A DNA stretch of 33,259 nt, taken from the NCBI RefSeq assembly GCF_001194135.2, contig NC_068985.1, positions 90,511,204 through 90,544,462 of the forward strand, given 5' to 3'. This document shows, in pieces, positions 29,434 to 33,259 of the stretch (the stretch's first letter is position 1; each line of letters begins with the position of its first letter). The notes beneath the pieces are model-generated. The model made no database searches. It had not been told where the DNA came from and was given only the letters and a program-made list of their open reading frames with translations. A program made the translations under genes and the position numbers. This stretch comes from Octopus bimaculoides. Its lineage: Eukaryota.

Positions 29434-32400
29434 NNNNNNNNNNNNNNNNNNNNNNNNNNNNNNNNNNNNNNNNNNNNNNNNNNNNNNNNNNNNNNNNNNN
29501 NNNNNNNNNNNNNNNNNNNNNNNNNNNNNNNNNNNNNNNNNNNNNNNNNNNNNNNNNNNNNNNNNNNNNNNNNNNNNNNNNNNNNNNNNNNNNNNNNNAT
29601 ATCAGAGCGTTAGTAACAATGTAGATGAATGAATGCGTAATATGTATATTTGTGTGTGCACTCATAATTGTATATATATATATATATATACGTATATCAG
29701 AAATATAAAATGAAGACTTCTGAAATTTATGGCGCAACGAAGAGATTTTAGTATACGTAACAAAAATATGAGAATTATAAATTGCGAATATACTTAGACA
29801 GGAAATATATTAATTGCAGTTAAATGCTTAAACTCTAAGAATGTTCCTGAAAATTAAATTCGTGCACTGAAGAATATTGTGTTGTATTTCATTTTAGTTA
29901 TTTCAAAGTACAGATGACACCTTGGAGTATTTCATTGCTTATGTATAATACTTTTATTTAGATAACTGTCTGAATCATGAGCTACTTGACCAGAATAATA
30001 AACTTTCAAACAAAAGTTTAGTAAAAAAGTTGTGATACTTAATAACGTATATTATCAGTACTGACACACTTCAAAACTTAAATGCAAATAATTGTACAAG
30101 ATATTAACACACGTTCACGAAAGCAATAACTTGTTACTTGCAACTTAATATATTACACAGATGTTGAAAGTAATGTATTTATGTAATGAATCGTATTAGC
30201 TCTTATTTGATCTTCCGTTTCATCTCTCTGTTATGTTACAATTGAAAGGGCATAAATACCCCCGCGACAGTCTTATTGAAGTAAACCGTAGGTGTACTGC
30301 AGCAAATTTTGTAAATAAGGATCAAAATAATTTTATTTTAGTTAATATATATGTATATGTGCGTGTGCACGTGTGTGTGTGGTATACTATAAAGATAATA
30401 ACCATAAGAATATATTTCTGTGAGTGTATATTTAGATATGCGTGTATGTGTAATATAAAATATAATCTCATTTAATAGTGTATATTTTCTAACCGCACAC
30501 GCGCATATATGAGTATACATGCACATAAAAAGCGTAGGGGACTGGTAGCGTTGAGGGTTAGTAATTGGGGTATGAGATGTATCCATCTATATAGGCCGAC
30601 CCTATTTAGAGCCGACAGCCTGGCTATCTCAAGCCTTGTGAACGGCCAAACCATTGATCAGTTCAGGAAGGACTTAAGGATTCGTCCAGTCCTAACGTAG
30701 CTACGAGCTTCCTGTCAGTAATTAAGAAACACTTCCCGGAAACCACAAATATTACAATCTCTTCAGTAGATCATTTCATAAGCAGTAAATTATACAAAGG
30801 TTTTTTTTCTTTTTTTTTAGAAAAATAGAATTCGAACCGTCCATTAATTGGTTTTATTCATACAGTCATTTGGCGAAGGCTGAACTAATGGTTCTATTCT
30901 TTAAAGATGAACAATTGGATAAAACGCCAAAAGGACTTATTTTTGAAGAAGATATTTCGTGTTATAATATTTCGGATATCAAATCTCAATTTGACAGAAT
31001 TTACTCCCCGAAAGCTCCCATGAGGCATTTTATCCATTCATTTTCTTGATATTGATATTGAGCATCATTGGTTTTCCTCTTACTCAAAATCTAAATAAAC
31101 TGCCACTTCTGTAACTTACCATTTCAATAGAATATTTCGATGAAAGTGTTTCATTAAAGTGAAAGTTCTTGTAATTTCACTTGATACTTTGTACAAGATT
31201 AGCTAATCTCTGCATCGTCATTATATTTCAGATTTGGTAATTTACCACTTTTATTGGACATTTATATATATAGAAGAATTTCTTTCTTATTATTTATTGT
31301 GCCCTAGAACATGGATTTCGCCTATAAACACATGGATGGTTCCAATTAATTGTAGATTTTCACCTTATAACATTGGATATGCACGACGCTTGCTAACGTA
31401 TTTACACATTGTGTATTGCTTAGCGCATAAAATTGCAAATGTTGAGCGAATAATTAACCGCGAAATAACTGTGTAAATTAAGAAATTATGTACGATTGTG
31501 CAGTATTCAATGTCACGATCCTTAAAAGATTTCAAAATAATTGAGCGTAGGAAAACACAATGATTATCAATTATATATATTAGGTTCTTACACATTAGTG
31601 AGCTGGCAGAATCCTAAGATTTCAAAGTCATGCAGTCGTGAAAGGACTAATGAATTTACGATATGATTTGCCTATTTATTACGGAAGCTCAAAACATATA
31701 TTCTTTACTTATGAAGAGACGGAAAGAAATATCCGTACAATAAGTAGCTAGAACGCATTTATAGTAGACATAACCTAAATGCTTATGTTAGTAAAGCGGG
31801 CATAGTTTTAATGATTTACAATACAAGCAGTCGACGTTAATATTATTCCCTCAGTTTCTTCAGAGATTTCATTTCTGTCACTCAAAAATACATTTGAAAA
31901 TTTGAGGAATTTTAAATGATTGAATTAAAAGAATATGCGAAATAATTAAATTAAAATAGAAAAGTTTGGGAATGACAATTCATAATTACAATTTTTCATT
32001 GTTTATTTTATTCATGAAAATATTTTCTAGCCACAAGACAGCAGTGCCGAAAACATATTTATTGTTCGTATAAACGCATGACACGAGAAGAGAACAAATC
32101 TAATTAAGCCTTGTTTTAGATTTTGAACGGTATTTCAAAATTGATTATTTTTTTCTCCCTGAATTAAAATATTGTCATTAGAATTGAAAGGAAAACAACT
32201 ATTCTTTAGAAGTAAATGAATTATTTCAGATACCAATGAAAATGCTAACAAGAAAGTGATTCTTTCCATTGTGAATATTCATATATTCTCCATCATTAAT
32301 TATTATTCTAATGAAGACGCTGTAATGCAAAACCGAATCTCAAATAAAATGGATGGAGCAGGAGGAAAACTCTGCAAATATTTTCCCGGAATAAAGGATG

Positions 32401-33177
32401 TATTTTTAGGATGAAACGGAAAACACTGAGATTATTAATTCTGTAGCAGTTACTAATTAAATCCTCTGAGTTTATTTCATTCAAAATTATTTAAATATTA
32501 ATATTAATTAATATCTGTTTTCGGAGTGCTGTATCAGAAAATAACATGGCATTAACTTTTGAAAACATTCCTTATATTGGAATCGAATATGAATTCCGTG
32601 ATGCATACGGTTCTACATAATTATTTACACAATTAGTAATATATTATTTATACAAAATATATACATTCTGTGACTGTAATATATGCTATTATTGACTTGG
32701 ATGTTTGCTGATCAAATTAAAGGAATCGATATTATGTATAATTTCTCTAAAATTTTTGGCCACAAATACATAATTCAGATACTCCTACTGAATTAAATTT
32801 ACTGCAAAACACTACTATATTAAAGATACAGAATAATTGAAAGGAGACATTTGCAAAACCTCGACTGCGATAATGTAAGATAATTCACTTGGCAAATGTT
32901 ATCGAATAGACTCACATACACATCTGTCCCTTTACATTAAAATGCGTCAGCATTCCACATTGATACAATAGGCTAATTGTGTCTCGCATACGCTGAGGGA
33001 TTACTGAAACGCCGTCCCCCTCCATATTACTCTCACTAGACGAGCACTTGTTTGTGCATAAATAGGGAGACAGACTGAGTAGGAGGAAGATGTTTCTGCA
33101 TTGCCGTGCATTATGGAATATTTAGTTCAATTTCAGAAAGTGGATTGTACATTATATTATGTGCAGCCGAATATCAT

Positions 33178-33202
33178 AGACACACACACAAACACACACA
33201 CA

Positions 33203-33235
<33 letters not shown>

Positions 33236-33259
33236 GCACGCACAAACACACACACATAC
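33178..33259. repeat. (CA)n microsatellite
   Basis: Seen directly. Confidence 0.95.

Noticed and set aside
2249-29737. Long ORFs in the track that run through N-gaps or simple repeats (for example 2249-3154, 8414-9104, 14912-15595, 19531-20025, 25429-25756, 28510-28895, 29264-29737)
   Set aside because: Their length comes from X codons and from YIYI, LSLS, RERE, HTHT and YLSI microsatellite translations, so there is no coding evidence.
32990-33125. Promoter-like patch (CATAAATA, then an ATG about 30 nt later)
   Set aside because: The ORF closes after 11 codons, and promoter motifs cannot be supported from sequence alone.

Overview
AT-rich, microsatellite-dense eukaryotic (animal) scaffold window with 12 N-gaps, consistent with intronic or intergenic DNA. 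The tRNA-derived SINE families resemble those I recall from Octopus genomes; this is inference and was not database-checked. No intact protein-coding gene is present, and almost all long ORFs in the track are artefacts of N-runs or simple repeats. The recognisable content is decayed mobile DNA: an L1/Tx1 ORF2 C-terminus with zinc knuckle (1491-2290, -); three Penelope-like (PLE) coding remnants (RT about 4610-5050 -, GIY-YIG 13350-13750 + and 17991-18650 +); two CR1/L2-type LINE 3' ends (14310-14680 +, 22395-22720 -); a mariner 5' end with TIR (13750-14211, -); a maT/DD37D-type transposase pseudogene (20583-21250, -); a Helitron 5' fragment with 23-codon STPR-like repeats (25762-26873, +); and about 13 SINE copies or fragments. 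One candidate host terminal exon lies at 24437-24625 (+). The most interesting observations are: (1) two diverged, covarying minimal type I hammerhead-ribozyme-like motifs with a shared non-canonical core (8376-8424 and 9457-9504, -); (2) an indel-free 7 x 23-bp array of the SINE A-box head (23640-23800); (3) a shared 3' tail between a CR1/L2 LINE and a SINE family; (4) two gaps flanked by perfect duplications.
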